Source: a virus. From it: a stretch of DNA of 64,000 nucleotides. The stretch is from positions 30,963 to 94,962 of IMG/VR virus record IMGVR_UViG_3300046787_000206, one strand, 5' to 3'. Of this stretch, positions 62,991 through 64,000 are shown one piece after another (position 1 is the first letter of the stretch; each line of letters begins with the position of its first letter). The translations under genes and the position numbers were made by a program. The notes beneath the pieces were generated by a model. It saw nothing but the letters and a program-made list of their open reading frames with translations. It did no database searches and was not told the DNA's origin.

Positions 62991-63239
62991 ATGAGTAAAT
63001 TTACTAAGAGCCTCAAGACCAGTGTCACCAACGGAGCTTTGGGTACAGCTGCAGTCACCACGGCCATGACCCCAGACCACGGGAACCCTTTGGTCAATCT
63101 TGCCGTAGGTGCAGTCGCTGGAGGTGTCGTCGCAGGGGTTCACAAGTTCATCAACTACGACTCATCGAAGCCTGCGACCAAGTCAATGTTCCAGGAAGAG
63201 CCAAAAGGCAACCGAAATCTAGGCAAGCAGTTCAAGTAA
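62991..63239 (+). CDS. Small Gly/Ala-rich, possibly membrane-associated protein
   Basis: Hydrophobic GxxxG-like segments; followed by terminator. Confidence 0.6.
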   Translation: MSKFTKSLKTSVTNGALGTAAVTTAMTPDHGNPLVNLAVGAVAGGVVAGVHKFINYDSSKPATKSMFQEEPKGNRNLGKQFK

Positions 63240-63260
63240 GCCAAATCAGCTGTTTTTAAC

Positions 63261-63300
63261 GAAAAATGCCCTCACAGGATGACTGTAGAGGGCATTTCTC
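63261..63300. terminator. Bidirectional terminator between convergent genes
   Basis: AAATGCCCTC-ACAG / CTGT-A-GAGGGCATTT. Confidence 0.7.
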
Positions 63301-63395
63301 TTATATGGGTGAGTGATTGGTCATTCGAGGGGTCAAATGGTCACCACGAGGCGCATGTGGCGGCTCAGGCCACTCATCTCAAGGCAGGGGCGTTC

Positions 63396-63884
63396 TTAGG
63401 GTAAAAATTCTTCCAAATGCTTCTTTTCGAGCAAAACTGCCACCGCAGCGTTGATTCCGAGCTTAAATTCGTCAGAAAATTCGTCTCCGACTTCAACAAG
63501 CTGCTCTTGGAGGATTTCAAGGTCGTACATACTTCCACCAGCAGCATTCTTTTTGCAGAGAGAAGCAAACCTCTGTAGAGCATCACCTTCAAAGGTGACC
63601 GTAGTCTTCATGTTTTGGCCTTGAGCACCAGCCGTGATTTCAATCTCCGTGGCTGTTAGGCGCAACATAGCGTTAAGCGCATCCATAGGGATGAGCGCAT
63701 CAGGCTTTAAACCCATCGGAATATTGTTAGTAAGCCAGTTTGACCAGGTGTTGGGGTCTACTACGCTCTTGTTGCTCTGGTTTAGGTGTACATGAGCGCC
63801 TGAAGAAGGCTGCTTTGAGCCAGGGTGGACATCTTGGCCCTTGTGAGCCGATTTGAAGGGTGGGAACTCCATGCGTTTTCTCAT
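63396..63884 (-). CDS. Hypothetical protein, leaderless
   Basis: 162-aa ORF starting 6 nt after a -10 hexamer. Confidence 0.7.
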   Translation of the reverse strand: MRKRMEFPPFKSAHKGQDVHPGSKQPSSGAHVHLNQSNKSVVDPNTWSNWLTNNIPMGLKPDALIPMDALNAMLRLTATEIEITAGAQGQNMKTTVTFEGDALQRFASLCKKNAAGGSMYDLEILQEQLVEVGDEFSDEFKLGINAAVAVLLEKKHLEEFLP

Positions 63885-63920
63885 AAAGCTAGGTTACAGG
63901 GGCGTTTTACGGGTTGTCAA
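63885..63920 (-). promoter_or_regulatory. Sigma-A-type promoter for a leaderless mRNA
   Basis: Minus strand TTGACA-N18-TAACCT-N6-ATG. Confidence 0.75.
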
Positions 63921-64000
63921 GGGGCGATTAAGGGTAAAATTGGCCTCGTCGGGAAAAAATGCCTCGTCGTCGGATAGGAACTCATGGCACAGAATAACTT

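Overview
This window is part of the genome of a contractile-tailed (myovirus-type) dsDNA phage. The host is very probably an actinobacterium, based on two WhiB genes, a WhiA-like HTH, a ClgR-like regulator, NrdH, ThyX and leaderless TANNNT promoters; the moderate GC would fit a freshwater low-GC actinobacterium, but that is inference. Layout: 1-4.8 kb Gly- and Cys-rich fibre-like genes; 4.8-7.2 kb a head-closure-like gene followed by nine tiny, mostly Lys-rich, translationally coupled ORFs; 7.3-23.4 kb a complete contractile tail and baseplate module (sheath, tube, chaperone, tape measure with M23 peptidase, hub, gp25, J, spike); 23.7-40.7 kb replication, recombination and nucleotide genes (initiator with internal iterons, DnaC-like loader, DnaB, primase, SNF2 helicase, SSB, family A polymerase, RecA, two resolvases, Cas4-like nuclease, ThyX, NrdH, dNMP kinase); 40.7-50.5 kb SpoVS, a block of low-complexity proteins and a nucleotidyltransferase/HAD/TGT-fold operon; 50.6-62.1 kb a minus-strand early/accessory operon; 62.1-62.6 kb an ORF-free, highly base-paired region. 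No terminase large subunit, portal, capsid, endolysin, integrase, tRNA or CRISPR array was recognised. Best leads: a WhiB-WhiA(HTH) fusion regulator, a dispersed CCAACACAAAC motif through the early operon, a candidate ~480-nt structured RNA with a pseudoknot, the NTase-HAD-TGT operon, and a candidate +1 frameshift (UUU-CGA) in the tail chaperone. Family names come from motif recognition by eye and need HMM or structure searches to confirm.
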